Part shown: positions 19,495-38,909 of the stretch, piece after piece | How positions within the stretch are numbered: position 1 is the first letter of the stretch | Layout of the letters: each line of letters begins with the position of its first letter | NCBI RefSeq assembly: GCF_011386835.1 | Contig: NC_088794.1 | Location: 15,624,001 to 15,688,000 of the forward strand | Reading direction: 5' to 3' | Source: Chrysemys picta bellii | Taxonomy: Eukaryota | DNA length: 64,000 bases | The notes under the pieces: generated by a model | Told to the model about the DNA's origin: nothing | Databases searched by the model: none | What the model saw: the letters and a program-made list of their open reading frames with translations, nothing else | Translations under genes and position numbers: made by a program

Positions 19495-19827
19495 CCTGCT
19501 GCAGAAAAACAAGCATAAAAGAGACAAACCCTGAAGATCTGAGCTCCACAAAAGCATATAAATATTCTGAAATGGAGGGAGCAAATGATGGGAGCTTTGA
19601 AAACAAGTTCAACTGGAAATGTATGTCACAGCCTTTGTTTACTTTTTGTCCAGGTTAACAATCATTAATCTTTAAACAACAGTGTCATTTTGGACTTCAT
19701 ATTCCCTATTGCACCCTGTTCCTGCTATGGACTGCCGTTGTGTTCTCTGAGCACACTGAAGGAAAGTGTCCTTTTGTTAGAAGGAACCTGCCTCTGAGAA
19801 AGGAAGGGTGGGTTTGTGAACTTCCAT

Positions 19828-20025
19828 TCAGGAGATCTGGGTTCAAGTACCGGCTCTAATAGATACTTTCTTGAGCAGATCACCTAACCTGTGTGTGCAT
19901 CAGTTTCCTCGTCTATACAATGGGGATGATACTGCCCTACCTCCCAGGGGTGTTTTGAGGATAAATTCATTAATGAGTGGGAAGTGCTCAAATGCTACAA
20001 GAATGAGGGCCATATAAAAATCTAG
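19828..20025 (+). mobile_element. MIR/CORE-type SINE fragment (related fragments at ~37960-38090, 46752-46897, 55390-55540, 62340-62540)
   Basis: CORE-like cagtttcctcgtctatacaatggggatgatactgccctacctcccaggggtgttttgaggataaa. Confidence 0.65.
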
Positions 20026-20223
20026 GCAGAACTTTCTAGTGATTGCAGGACAAACGTTGCAGGATTCTGCTATTTATTATTACCACTTGTATGATACCCA
20101 CCATATGCTAAATGCTTTATACTTATAAAACGACATGGTCTATGCGTTGAGGAGCATATGTAGACAGACGACACACATATGCAGGGAAGGAATGCACTAA
20201 AAACCAGAGTGAATGAGCAGTCA

Positions 20224-20682
20224 TGTTAGCCATGTTGGGGTCACTAGGCCTGCCTGAGCCAAAGTTCTTCCATGTTTAAACTCTGTCCTTCCATCTTTAA
20301 CTCTAATTGACCTCAAAAGCCAAGGACAGAAATTGGAATGTGTAAACAGCCAATTATCAGTTACGACCCCCCCCCCCATACCAGGTACCAAGCGATAATT
20401 ATGAGGTTTGCATGTTTCTAGCTGGAGAAGGGGTAATAAACTAAGGGTAAACAGGACCAAATAACTGTTTAGAGGAGTGTTACTAACAAGCTAGATTTAT
20501 AGCCGTAGAATGATTTAATTGCTTAAATGTATAAACATGCTTTCGGTAGAGAGGGGAGGGGGAGTAGAGGGGGGAATGGTAGGGGGGGTGGTAGAGAGGG
20601 GGATAGAGGGGGGGCTTAGTTGTAAAATGTATAAGAAGAGAGAAATTGTTTTTGCTGGTGTGCTTGATTTGAGACTTGCCTC
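20224..20682 (+). mobile_element. 3'-truncated ERV-like LTR
   Basis: Starts TGTT..., has a purine-rich U3, TATA-like TGTATAAGAAG and then an R-like segment; no poly(A) signal or CA end. Left boundary uncertain. Confidence 0.5.
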
Positions 20683-20892
20683 AGGTGTGGATGGAATTTG
20701 ACGCTAATAGCTCCGGGAGCTATCCCACAGTGCACCACTCTGTTGACGCTCTGGACAGCAGTCCGAGCTCGGATGCTCTGACCAGCCGCACAGGAAAAGT
20801 CCCGGGAAAATTTGAATTCCTTTTCCTGTCTGGCCAGTTTGAATCTCATTTCTTGTTTGGACATCGTGGCGAGCTCAGCAGCACTGGCAACG

Positions 20893-22046
20893 ATGCAGAG
20901 CTCTCCAGCAGAGGTGACCATGCAATCGCAGAATAGAAAGAGGGGTCCAGCAAGTACTCCGGGATCAGTGCCTCGCACAGCATGGCTGCATACGGCCCTG
21001 GTTTTTGCTGGCATTCATGATGCATGCGGTCTTTCTCTGTTTCCGAAATCCTCATCAGAGTGATATCACTCATGGTGACCTGCTTTAAATTAGGGGAATG
21101 TTAGTATTGGGACTGATTGCTTGTTCCTTTACATAACTGTAACCGGCGGTTTACAGCCACGCGGTGGAGGCGGGACAGGGGCAGCATGCAGGGATCTTTC
21201 CCGGGGACAGCCGCGAGGGGGGTGGGACAGGGGCAGAGTTCATGCTGGCCGGATTGCCGGCAGCAGGAACTGGCCAACGCTAGGGGCATTGCTTTGAACG
21301 TGAAAGGAGGGCACTGCTATAAATTAAGCTTTCAGCAGCCAAAAGTCTACGGCTTACCATGTCTGCCTGCTACCCGAATTCCGCTGTCCTGCCCCGCTTG
21401 TGTGATCTGTACTCCAAGACCCCAGGCACTGAATGGGAAGGCCGAAAATTCGACCTTGTCCTGAGTGTGCATGTGATAGGTGCTGTGCATGGTCTTGTTC
21501 ACAGAGAAAGACTATGTTCACTGTTCACAAAAATGTATCTTTGTGAGGAATTCACTCCCTTTTCCCCATCCCACAGCTGCGAGTGTCTCCCGGCCTACCC
21601 CGGCATCCCCCTCCCAGAGGCTGGCGCAGATTAGGCGCCGAAAGAGAAGGACACGGGACGAGATGTTCTCTGAACTTATGGGCTGCTCCCGAGCCAAGGC
21701 GGCCCAGCAGACCCAGTGGAGGGAGAACATGTCGCAATACCAGCGATCACACAGCGAACGGGAGGAGAGGTGGCGGCAGGAAGACCAGCAGGCGACTCAA
21801 ACACTGCTTGGACTAATGAGGGAGCAAACGGACATGCTCCGGCACCTTGTAGATGTTCTGCAGGACCGGAGGCAGGAGGACAGAGCCCCGCTGCAGTCTA
21901 TACCTAACCGCCCTCCTCCGCCACAAAGTCCCATCCCCCCCCCCACCAAAGTCCCAAGAAGGAGGGGCGGCAGGGGCCGTGAAAACAGTCACTCCACCCC
22001 TACAGACTGCTCAAGTACCAGACGGCTCTCATTCCCAAAGATTTGA
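20893..22046 (+). pseudogene. Harbinger Myb/SANT-like gene remnant
   Basis: MQSSPAEVTMQSQNRKRGPA breaks off at ~20951, before the Myb helices; the C-terminal exon RRRKRRTRDEMFSELM...LSFPKI* is retained. Confidence 0.75.
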
Positions 22047-22806
22047 TAAGTCCTTTCCTTCCCGCCTCACCCAAGCCCCCGTCCCAGTTTCATCCCCTAA
22101 CTGTCTAGTTGCTAATAAAAGACACGTTTCTGTTAATTACTGTTTCTATCATGTTATTTTAGGGGAGAGTGTGTTTGAAGGGGATGGAAGGGGGTTGGTA
22201 ATTGGAGAGGACAGTCACCTTTACCAGGGTACAGACACTGGGGCAGGTTCAGCAGCAGGTCACACACACATTATAGTCACTAGGCACCCTGGTCAGTCTG
22301 GGAGGTGGTTTTCATGTTCTGTGTGTGGGGGCTATGTGAGTTTGTGGCGGGGAAGGGCGGTTACAGATCTTATGCAGCGGTCCTTAGCCTGGATGACAGA
22401 GCCACGCAGCAGGGGATCTGTAACCGTCCTCCCCGCCACAAAGTCACATAGCCCACCCCCCCCCACAGTCCCGAAAAGGAGGGGTGGCAGGCTCCGTTGA
22501 AACAACCAGTCCACCACTGCGGACCGCTCTAGGAGGAAGAGCCTGTCATTCCTTCAGTTTAGAAGCGTCCTTTCCATCACTACACCCGCTCCCCACCACA
22601 GTCTGCGTCCCAGTTTCAACCCTTTACCACGAAACCCTTAATAAAGAAAACGGTGTTAATGAATAAAGTTCCATTTATTTTATTTTTAAAGGTGTGTTGG
22701 AAGGGGGCAACGGGGTGAAGGGGGTATGTAACTGGAGAGGATAGTCAACATTAAGTGGGTAAAGAAACGGGGGCAGGTTCAGCTTCTCTTTAAACAAACT
22801 TAATAG

Positions 22807-23414
22807 TCACAGGTTACCCTGCTCACTCAGGAACCTAGCTTTCAAAGCCTCCCGGATGCACAGCGCGTCCTTCTGGGCTCTTCTAATCTCCCGGCTGTCT
22901 GGCTGGGCGTAATCAGCAGCCAGGTGATGTGCCTCAACCTCCCACCCTGCCATAAAGGTCTCCCCCTTGCTCTCACAGATATTGTGGAGCACACAGCAAG
23001 CTGCAATAACAATGGGGATATTGGTTTCGCTGAGATCAGAGCGAGTCCTTGCACTTCAGAGCAGGGGACAGCAACTCACAAAGTTCCAGGAAAGTCCCCT
23101 TGTGCATGCGAAAGTTTCGCAGCCACTGTGATTCATCCCAGACCTGCAGCACTATGCGGTCCCACCATGCTTGTTTCCTGGGCCCAGAATCGCCGTTCCA
23201 CAGCATCAACATGACCCATTGCCACCATAATGTCCACGGCACGGGGTCCCGTGCTTTGTGAGAGGTCTGTGCCACTCTCAGACTTAATGTCCTCACCGCG
23301 CTGCCGTAGCCTCCTCGCCCGATTTTTCAGCATCTGCCTCTGAAAAAGGTGGATGATAAGGTGCGAGGTGTTGACAACGGCCATAACTGCAGCGATGATC
23401 GCAGCGGGCTCCAT
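22807..23414 (-). pseudogene. Harbinger (HARBI1-like) transposase remnant with internal deletion
   Basis: RRFWAQET / WWDRIVLQVWDESQWLRNFRMHKGTFLELCELL (frameshifted) is joined at ~23046 directly to C-terminal DLSETNIPIVIAACCVLHNICE; the central DDE region is absent. Confidence 0.85.
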
Positions 23415-23839
23415 GCTCGCAGTGCTGTGGCGTCCACGCTGTCACTCACCAGAAAAGTGCGTGAACTGATTGCCCGCCGGCGCTTTCAGGGAGGGAGGGC
23501 GGGAGTGACGGTTTAATGATGACAGTTACCCAAAACCACCCTCGACACATTTTTTTCCCCAGCAGGCATTGGGGGCTCGACCCAGAATTCCAATGGGCAG
23601 CAGGGACTGCGGGAACTGTGGGATAGCTGCCCACAGTGCACCGCTTCCAATGTCGACGCTTGCCGCATTAGTGTGGACTCACAAAGTCGAATTACTGTTC
23701 TTAGTGTGGATATACACGTTCGACTTTGTAATATCGGTTCCACTAATTCGATTTAAGTAAAATCGAACTACTCTCGTAGTGTAGACATACCCTAAGATTA
23801 TTTACTGCTTTAACTATGCCATTATATTTATGTTGCAAA

Positions 23840-25030
23840 GAAAAACCTAGCATGGATGCAGTTATGCTGTATAAAAGTCCTTATTGTAGTATAGCTTATT
23901 TCAGTTTGGGAAGCAAAATAAGCTATACAGTTATAAGACAACTTATAGTGTTAAAACTGCACCCACATTAGGGTTTACACCAGTATAACTATCTCAGTAA
24001 AAAAACAAACACCCCCCCCCCCACACACACTTCTAACCAACAGTTAAAATTCAATCACTTTTCTAGTGTTGACCAGGTTTAAGAGTGGCTTAAACCTGTT
24101 CCCAATCCACAGTTGTCTACACATAAAAATTATATTGCTTTAACCGTGGCCTTGTCTACACTAGAAAGGTTTTGCTGGCATAGCTATAGCAGCAAACCCT
24201 CCTAGAGTACATGCAGGTTATACCAGCAGAAGTGTTTCTGCCAGCATAGCTGACACCAGTTCCCAGGAGACATAAGATGTACTGGCAAAAGCACTTTTAT
24301 GCTGGTATAAATGCATCTGCATTAGGGCTTATACGGGCACAGCAAAGTCAGTAAAAAAACCAACCAACCAAAAAAACCCACATCCCTTACCAATATAGCT
24401 ATGCCGGTATAAATTGTAAGCATAGATCAGGCCGCTAACAATATAGTTGAAGTGGTACAATCCCACAAGTGTGGATGTAGTTACACTGTACAAAGGTGCT
24501 TTATACTGGGATAGCTATTCCCATATGGGAAGGGGGGAATAACCTACACCAGAATAACTTTGTGCCGGTATAACTACTTTTCTGTAATATGTATAATCAC
24601 CACCCCATCCAAAATAGTTATGCTGGTACAAAACTGTGTAGACCCAGGCCCTAACTTAATTGGAGAAAAGCCACCAAAATAAGTACGTCCACACAGGGGC
24701 TCACACCAGTTCAACTATGTCTTTAAATTTACACCTTAGGCCTGCTCTACACCTAAAACTCAGATACATTGCTCAGGACTGTGAAAAATTTCACGCCCTG
24801 TGCGACATAGTTATGCTAATCTAAGCCCCAGTGTAGACCCCACTAGGTTGATGGAAGAATTCCTTTGTCAACCTAGCTACTGCCTATCAGAGAAGCGGGT
24901 TTACTACAGCAATGGAAAATCCTTTTAGTCGATGTAGAAAGTGTCTATGACACAGTTTACAGCTGTGTCGTTGTAGTGTTTGTAGTGTAGACATACCGTC
25001 AGGTTAAACTGGTGCGGCTTCCCTATGTAG
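23840..25030. mobile_element. Cluster of old palindromic Harbinger-type MITE remnants
   Basis: Repeated degenerate GTCTACAC/GTGTAGAC termini with 'tataccagc/gctggtata' internal palindromes. Confidence 0.55.
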
Positions 25031-26592
25031 ATAAGGCCTCAACTGGAGTCAATGGCACTGCACCCAGGTAGTATGGGCCAAAAAGATATAATGGAGAAAG
25101 GGGGGGGGGATATACACAACTCTAAGGTTAGTGAATTTTATTTTAATAATGAATTCACGTCACTACATTTCCCCTAGTACATGCTCCACAGCTCTGTGTG
25201 TTTGTAAGGCCAGGGCTGGCTGGAAGGGTGGTGGTGGAGTTGTTGGAGATTTCTGTCTTTCATGCTTTGTTCAGTCTTGGGCATGTGTTATGAACAAATC
25301 CCATGGTGCAGAGTCCAGCCATCTCTCCTTCAACTTCAGCTCAGATTTGGGGACAGGAGATAGTTTCACCATGACACTTTTATTAGAGTTCTTCGGAAAA
25401 AGAGGGGAACAATTTCATGAACATTTTTCAATTTTTTTGTACCTGTGGAAAAAATGTAATTTAAATTTGGAAAATTTCCATCAGCACTAATTATTTGCCA
25501 CAAAAAGGGAAACAGAAAGCCAGCGCTGCTGTCTGCTAGCAGTCATCTTTGATGGAGATAGCTTGCTCTGCCAGTCACCACAAATGCCAGCTGTTATGTA
25601 ACCATAATCCAGCTCTTAAGAAGTCAGAACTGAGGTCAGAGACATTCTGGATACTTCTTTTGCTATGTATTCTGTATTCTGTAGTTATATTATTCCAGAT
25701 ACTATAGCTAAAGCAATGGGGTTTGCTGGAATGCTGGCTAGTTTTTGTTAGGTCTTGGCCTGCTATTTTTTAGAGATGCCAATCTCCCATTGAGCTGCGG
25801 GCACTCAGCCCCTCTGAAAATCAGGCCACTTGGCTTTGGGTTGTGGTGGGGGGTGGGCAGTCTTCTTTCTTGAGTAAACATTGATACATTTCTGGAGTAG
25901 AAATTGTCTGACTTTTCCTGGGACAGGATACTGTAGTTTTCCATGTTTACAGCCAGGACTCCATGATCTAGAGGAATTTTGAAGGAATTGCAATCTTCAT
26001 TTCAAATACAAAGTGCTGTCTATTAGCTTAAAAAAATCAAAACAAAGATTTTTAAAACAAACATTGCCAGATTTCTGCTCTGGAAATGACCTTCCCCACA
26101 GTCTGCTTGATCACAAGGGCCGTTCTAATATTGTTATATTGTTAAGGCATTGCCTCTCTTCTGTGAATTTCAAATCCGCCTGCTGCAAGGATTTTATGCA
26201 CCAGGAGAGGGCGGTATGGGATAAAATACAATCCTTCCCTCTCTGCAAAGATCTCTTCATAGGCAGCTGACATATACATAGACTAACAATCAACGGTGCA
26301 ACAAGATCCTAGTTCCCTTAAATAAAAATGTCTCATAAAGACCATATTGAGACAAGGTGGAGGTAAAGGCAATGGCCATTGCATTTTACTGGCGAAGTCA
26401 GTTAGTCCTTAAGTCTGTTCAAATGCAGAGAAATGCGAGCTAAGGAAGAGTAGGAAATGCAATCCCAGGGCACCGAATTCAAAAATCTTTTCAAAACATG
26501 GGTTTTCAAGGCCAGCATGACTTCACCGTGCTCCCAGCTGCAGGAGCAGGAGTGCACGCGTTTGTATCCGGTAATGACAGGAGTGGCATGCT

Positions 26593-27802
26593 TAGGGTTG
26601 CCAGCTTTCTACTGGCACAAAACTGAACACCCTTGTCCCACCTCTGCCCTGCCCCTCCTCCAAGGCCCCGCTCCTGCCCCACCACTTATCCTAGGCCTTG
26701 CCCCCGCTCACTTTATTCCCCCTCCCCCCCATCGCTCGCTTTTCCCACCCTCACTCACTCATTTTCCCTGGGCTGGCCCAGGGGGTTGGGGTGCAGGAGG
26801 GGGTGAGGGCTCCGGCTGGTGGTGCAGGCTCTGGGGTGGGGCCAGAAATGAGGAGTCCGGGCTGAGGCAGGGGGTGGTGGTGTGTGGGGGAGGAATGAGA
26901 GGTGCGGGGGTGTGTGAGGGCTCCAGGCTGGGGGGTGGAGCCCAGGGGTTCGGAGTATGGGTGAGGGCTGTGGGCTGGGGATGGGGTGTGGGAGGGGGTA
27001 CAGGATCTGGGCTGAGGGTGCGGATTCTGGAGTGGGACCAGAAATGAGGAGTTCAGGATGTGGGATGGGGCAGGGGGTTGGGCTGGGGTGTGTGTGAGGG
27101 CTTCTGCTGTGGGTGCAGACTCTGGAGTGGGGCTGGGGATGAGAGGTTTGGGGTGCAGGAGGGTGCTCCAGGCTAGGACCAAGGGGTTTGGAGGGCAGGG
27201 CGGTCTCAAGACTGGGGCAAGGGGTTGGGGTGCGGGAGGGATGAGGGCTCTGGCTGGGGGTGCGGGCTTTGGGGTGGGGCTGGCAATGAGGGGTTTGAGG
27301 TACAGAAGGGTGCTCCAGGCTGGGTTCGAGGGGTTCAGAGGGTGGGAGGGGATCAGGTCTGGGCCAGGGCGCAGGAGGGGGTCAGGGGTGCAGGCTGTGA
27401 GCAACGCTTACCTCAGATAGCTCTCAGAAGCAGTGGTGTGTCCCCCCTCCAGCTCCTACGCAGAGGCGTGGCCAGGCAGCTCTGTGCGCCACCTCATCCG
27501 CAGGCGCCGCCCCCACAGCTCTCATTGCCCGCTGTTCCTGGCCAATGGGAGCTACAGAGCTGTTGCTTGGAGCGGGGGCAGCGGGCAGAACCCCCCTGGA
27601 TGCCCCTACGCGTAGGAGCCGGAGGGGGGACATGCTGCTGGCTCTGGGAGCCGCGCGGAGCCACAGCAGGCAGGGAGTCTGTCTTAGCCCCGCTGCGGTG
27701 CCTACTGGACTTTTAACGGCCCGGTCAGCGGTGCTGACTGGAGCCGCCAGGGTCCCTTTTTGATGGGCGTTCCAGTCGAAAACCAGACACCTGGCAACCC
27801 TA
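26593..27802. mobile_element. Non-autonomous hAT element with G-rich internal tandem repeats
   Basis: TIR TAGGGTTGCCAG; perfect 8-bp TSD GGCATGCT. Confidence 0.92.
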
Positions 27803-27992
27803 GGCATGCTGCATTGGTTTTCAGGACTGTAAAATGCCACGTGATCCCAGGGTCACACGATGAGGGATCCCAGCATTGCATTCCCTAAGTGAGAAGGAGC
27901 CTGGGCTAGGGAGCTCCACGGCACACCAGGCCTTGATTAAGGTAACCCCAGAGACAGGTATGAGCGGAAAGGCACTGGAGAACTCAGACTGA

Positions 27993-34471
<6,479 letters not shown>

Positions 34472-34929
34472 CCCACTGCAGAATCAGGAAATAATAAAGC
34501 ATGAAAGAAGAAGGAAAAAAACAACAACTCCTCTGCAGAGCTGCTCCAGACAGAAGCGCCAATGCCTAACCTTTAAAAACCTGTTAGTGCAACGACTGTA
34601 GCTCCCCAAAGGTTCAACCTTTGGAAAAATCACAGTGGTGGGATTGATGGGTCCATCAAAACCTTTAATTTGCTCCTCTTCAGAGTTAATAAATCTCAGC
34701 CTAAGTGACAGCTTCGCTTTGGTTCTGGCCAGCTTATTTAATATTTCCTGCCCCTACGTTAACGTACCGTATTTTGCACAACATCCTGGAAGAGGTGTGC
34801 CTTTGCTGGAAAGCATCAAATTTCACTGTAGGGAGAATCGGAGACTGCCTACTGACGGTGGGAGAAGGTTGCGTTGTATTATCATTTGTCTGCTAAGCAC
34901 TGACACTGCACTCAGGCACTATTGCCAAC

Positions 34930-35128
34930 CAGGGCTGCCTCCAGGCACCACCGTAGCAAGCAGGTGCCTGGGGCAGCCAATGAAGAGGAGGGCGGCACGT
35001 CCGGCCGTTCGGCGGCAATTCGGCAGCGGGGCCGTCACTCCCTCTAGGAGCGAAGGACCTGCTGCCGATGGCGATCACGGCTTTTTGTGTGTGTGCTTGG
35101 GGCGGCAAAAACGCTAGAGCCGGCCCTG
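34930..35128. mobile_element. hAT (Tip100-like) MITE, compact form
   Basis: CAGGGCTGCCTCC...GAGCCGGCCCTG; perfect TSD TTGCCAAC. Confidence 0.92.
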
Positions 35129-35282
35129 TTGCCAACATATAAAAGGACACAGACCCTGCCCCAAGGAGCTTACAATTGTATTGCAGTTCAGGCACAAGGA
35201 AAGCAATTCAGGCCCATGAAAGCTACCAGTTGGGGGTATTGGTTCAGCGTTGCAGTGCTCTGGACTGGGTATTGCACACTTT

Positions 35283-35566
35283 GGTTGTGTCCACATTGCA
35301 GCTGGGGCGTGAGCCTCCCAGGCTGTGTAGACGGACTCGTTCGAGCAGGGCTCGAGCTAGTGTGCTAAAAATAGCTGTGTTGACGCTGCAGCACTGGCAG
35401 AGATCCGGCTCTGACCCAAGGGGTCGGGTGGGCTTTAGAGCCTGAGTTGCCATTTGAGCCATCACAGCCACACTGCTCTTCTTGGCATGCTAGCTCAAGC
35501 CGTGCCAGCGCATGTCTGTCTTCCAGCCCTGGGACGCTCACCCCTAGCTGCAGTATAGACAGACCC
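35283..35566. mobile_element. Harbinger-type MITE (uninterrupted relative of 4555-7928)
   Basis: GGTTGTGTCCACATTGCAGCTGGG...AGCTGCAGTATAGACAGACCC; shares internal ctagctcaagcc. Confidence 0.75.
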
Positions 35567-35847
35567 TTTGGGGCCTTGATTCAGCAAATGGTTGCCATTG
35601 TGGCTGCTGAGCCGGAGGCCCCAGGTTGTTCAGAAGATGCTTTCCCAATTTAGCTCGTTGTAGCCTATTGTCTAATTGACTGCCACTAATTGGCTCTCTC
35701 ACCAGAGGAGCCAGGTTTTCAGAGTCAGGACTGAACTCCCGGCTAGATGTGGTCCCTCCAGTTCAGGACGGAGGCCGGGAAACTTGCCGTGATGCTGTGC
35801 ACGCTGTACCCTGTTGTGTGGGTAAACGCAGGTCTTTGTTCTCCAGG

Positions 35848-36792
35848 CAGGGCCGGCTCCAGGCACCAGCCAACCAAGCACGTGCTTGGGGCGGCACCTG
35901 GTAAGGGGTGGCCAATCTTGGGGTGGCGGGGGGCGGCGTGGCGCTCGGGGGAGGGGGGGTTCCGGCAGCGCAGCGCTTGGTGGGGGGTGTTCGGCGGTGC
36001 AGCGCTCCACGGGGAGGGGTTCGGCAACACGGCGCTCGGCGGGGGGTGTTTGGTGGTGTTCCGCACGGGGTGGGGGGGTTTCGGCAGTGTGGCGCTCGGG
36101 GATATTCGGCGGCACGGCGCTCGGCGGGGGTTTCAGCAATGCGGCGCTCCACGGGGGGCGGGGGTTTCGGCAGCCCTGCGCTCTGCGGGGGTTTCGGTGG
36201 CGCTCCGCGCGGGGGGAGGCTTCAGCAGTGTGGCGCTTCGCGGGGGGCGGGGGGTGTTCGGCAGCGCTCCGTGCGGGGGGGTTCAGCAGCACGGCGGGGG
36301 GCGGGGGCGGTTTGGCGACGCGGTGCTCGGCGGGGGTGTTTGGTGGTGCTCCGCGCGGGGTGGGGGTGGTTCGGCAGCATGGCACTCGGGGATATTCGGT
36401 GGCACGGCACTCCACGGGGGGGCGGGGGTTTCGGCAGCGCGGCGCTCTGCGGGGGTTTCGGTGGCGCTCCGCGTGGAGGGGGGGCTTCAGCAGTGCAGCA
36501 CTTCGTGGGGGGCGGGGATGTTCGGCTACGCGGCGCTCGGCGGAGGTGTTCGGCGGGGCTCCATGTGGGGGGGTTCAGCAGCACGGTGCTCGGTGGGGGG
36601 CGGGGGCTGTTCGGCGGCGCGGTGCTCAGTGGGGGGTTTCGGCGGCGCGGCGCTGGGCGGAGGGGTTTCGGCAGCGCGCCAATTGGTGGGGGGTGTTTCG
36701 GCGGGGCGGGGCGGCGCTTGGGAGGGGGTGTTACGGCAGGGCGGTGCTTTTTTTTGCTGCTTGGGGCGGCAAAAAAGTTAGAGCCGGCCCTG
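35848..36792. mobile_element. hAT (Tip100-like) MITE with a large GC-rich internal minisatellite expansion
   Basis: TIR CAGGGCCGGCTC; perfect TSD TCTCCAGG; internal repeats of GGCGCTC(G/C)GCGGGGG...TTCGGCAG. Confidence 0.92.
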
Positions 36793-38909
36793 TCTCCAGG
36801 GGAGGCTCTGCAGCATCTTTCACTAGCCCTCAATTCATTTTCAGATGAAAGAGGAAAAATCGAAGAGAACTCCAGAGCAACAGCCAAAGGCTCAGGGTGT
36901 CGGGCCTCAGTCCAGTCGGTTACAGAGGTCTCATAATAGGTGTGGGCTTAAGCTACCGTCAGCCTAGCTCTAGCTCTGGGATCTTCCTGGACAGTACAGT
37001 ACACCTTGTCACGTGCCGTTCTGGGCTCAGTGCCGTGGCACATATAGGTTGGGGCATCACTCTGACTGGGCTTCATTTGCTAACGAGATTACCTCTCTGG
37101 ACCATGTTCATTCATGCGGTGGGGAAAGTTCCGTTTACAAGGATAAAAGCCTCGTCTGCAGGCAAGATGGTTTGCGTTACAGATGCACAATGCAATGGGA
37201 TCCTGTGGTGCCTCCGGCTGGGCCTGAAATTGTACACACCCCACATCTATTTAGAGAAACCTCAGTGCGTATCATCTTCCACATAGCCAATGAGTTAACC
37301 TGAAGTACCACACCCTCCCCAAACATCCCAATTCTATAACCAATCAGGGGATGCAACTCAGCACTCAGGAGCAACCCTACAATAACAAACTAGTGGCTGT
37401 GTGCAGCCCAGCACACACACAAGCAACCCTCCAGTGATGAACCCGGGACAGTGCTTTGTTATAGCTTTGAAGGAACAGGTGATTTGGGTTAATAATATAC
37501 TCAGGAGGTCTGTCCAGCTGCCAGTGGGGCACTGCTCTTAAAGTGTAGATTTCTCTTCACTCTTAACTTATCCTCTGCTGATAAAAAGCACTTAGAATAT
37601 GTTTTGGTCAGATAAATGTCATTGAGTTCTGGGAAACGCTGCCACTTCCCCCATCTTCTTCTTTTGTTTTTACCCTGAGTTCATGGAATTGGCCACTTCC
37701 CTTTCTTGGCTGAACAATAAAAGAATGAACTCTCTGTTACATGCAGCACCTATACACCCAGCACCTGTGGAAAGGATGGATGGTCCAGTGGCAAGGGCCC
37801 TAGGATCTGGGAGAGGTGGAGTCAATTCCCTGAAGAGTTCTGGTGTGACTTTGGAAAAGTCAGGAAGGCCAGATTTGCAAAGGTTTCCGGGTGTCTAACT
37901 TACACTGATTGCAATGGGAGTTAGGGCCCTAAATACCTTTGGAAATCTGGCCCTTAGTCTCTCCTGGCCTCAGTTCCCCCTCTGTACAATGGGGACAATA
38001 GCGTGTCCTTACATCTTTGGGGGGTGTTGAGGATAAAAACATTCAAGATGGTGAGGCGTTCTGATACCACAGCAATGCGGGCCAGATACGTATGTTATGT
38101 GGGATGGGCAAGTCACTCTCTTAGGGTACTATTGTTATTTGTATTTGTAGCATCTAGAGACTGCAGTTGAGCTCAGATCCCCGTCGTGCAAAACGCTGTT
38201 CAAACACACAGAGCGAGACTGCCCCTGCCCCCAAAGACCTTACAATCTAAATACCCAGGATAGGCAAAGGGTGGGAGGGGAAACAGAGGCACAGAAAAGG
38301 GAAATTCCTCGCCCCAGGTCCACATAGGATTCCTGGCAGAGCCAAGAATAGAACCCTGTCTCCTGATTCCCAGTCCAGTGCTCTTGGGGTATGTCTCTAC
38401 AGCTGTCAGATGTGAACTTGTGCTAGTGCTGCATAGATGGGGCTTTGAAGTGGCGGCTTGGGCTGGGGCTCAAGCTCTGAAGCCCATGGATGGGGGTGGG
38501 CTTTAGAGTCCGAGCAGTGGGCTGACAGCTTTTTTAACAGTGCAAACAATGTAAAATGCAGGGCTGGTGAAATGCGTAGGGTTGACAGCCCTGCTTGGTT
38601 CATGTGCTGCCCAACCGTGTCCCGAGGCTGTTGTGGGGAGTTGACGGGGATCCGATCCTCCTTCCCGCAAAGCTGCTTTCGAGCTCTAACTTAAAGGCTG
38701 CTCTTGGCACTACTGAAATTGCAACAGCTGGGCAGGGGGAACTTGCTGGGGTAGGGGGAGGTGCTAACACACACCTTTCATTCTCCAGGTGAGTGGCTCT
38801 TGGCTGCTGGCCTCTGTAGTACCTCCCAGTAGCTGGGCTTTTTTCAGAAGAAACCATTAATGGCATTGGTTGGTATGGAAACCTGTGGCGAACTAGTGAT
38901 CTGAATTGA

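Larger units (their letters stand above)
20683..23792. mobile_element. Defective Harbinger/PIF DNA transposon, left TIR missing
   Basis: Right TIR ...CGTAGTGTAGACATACCC followed by TAA; convergent Myb/SANT-like and transposase remnants. Confidence 0.9.

Noticed and set aside
26457-27840. ORFs of 120-217 aa
   Set aside because: Same artefact, inside hAT element 26593-27802.
35699-36936. Long ORFs of 220-344 aa in several frames
   Set aside because: Low-complexity G/R/A/P translations of a stop-poor GC-rich repeat inside a hAT MITE with TIRs and TSD.
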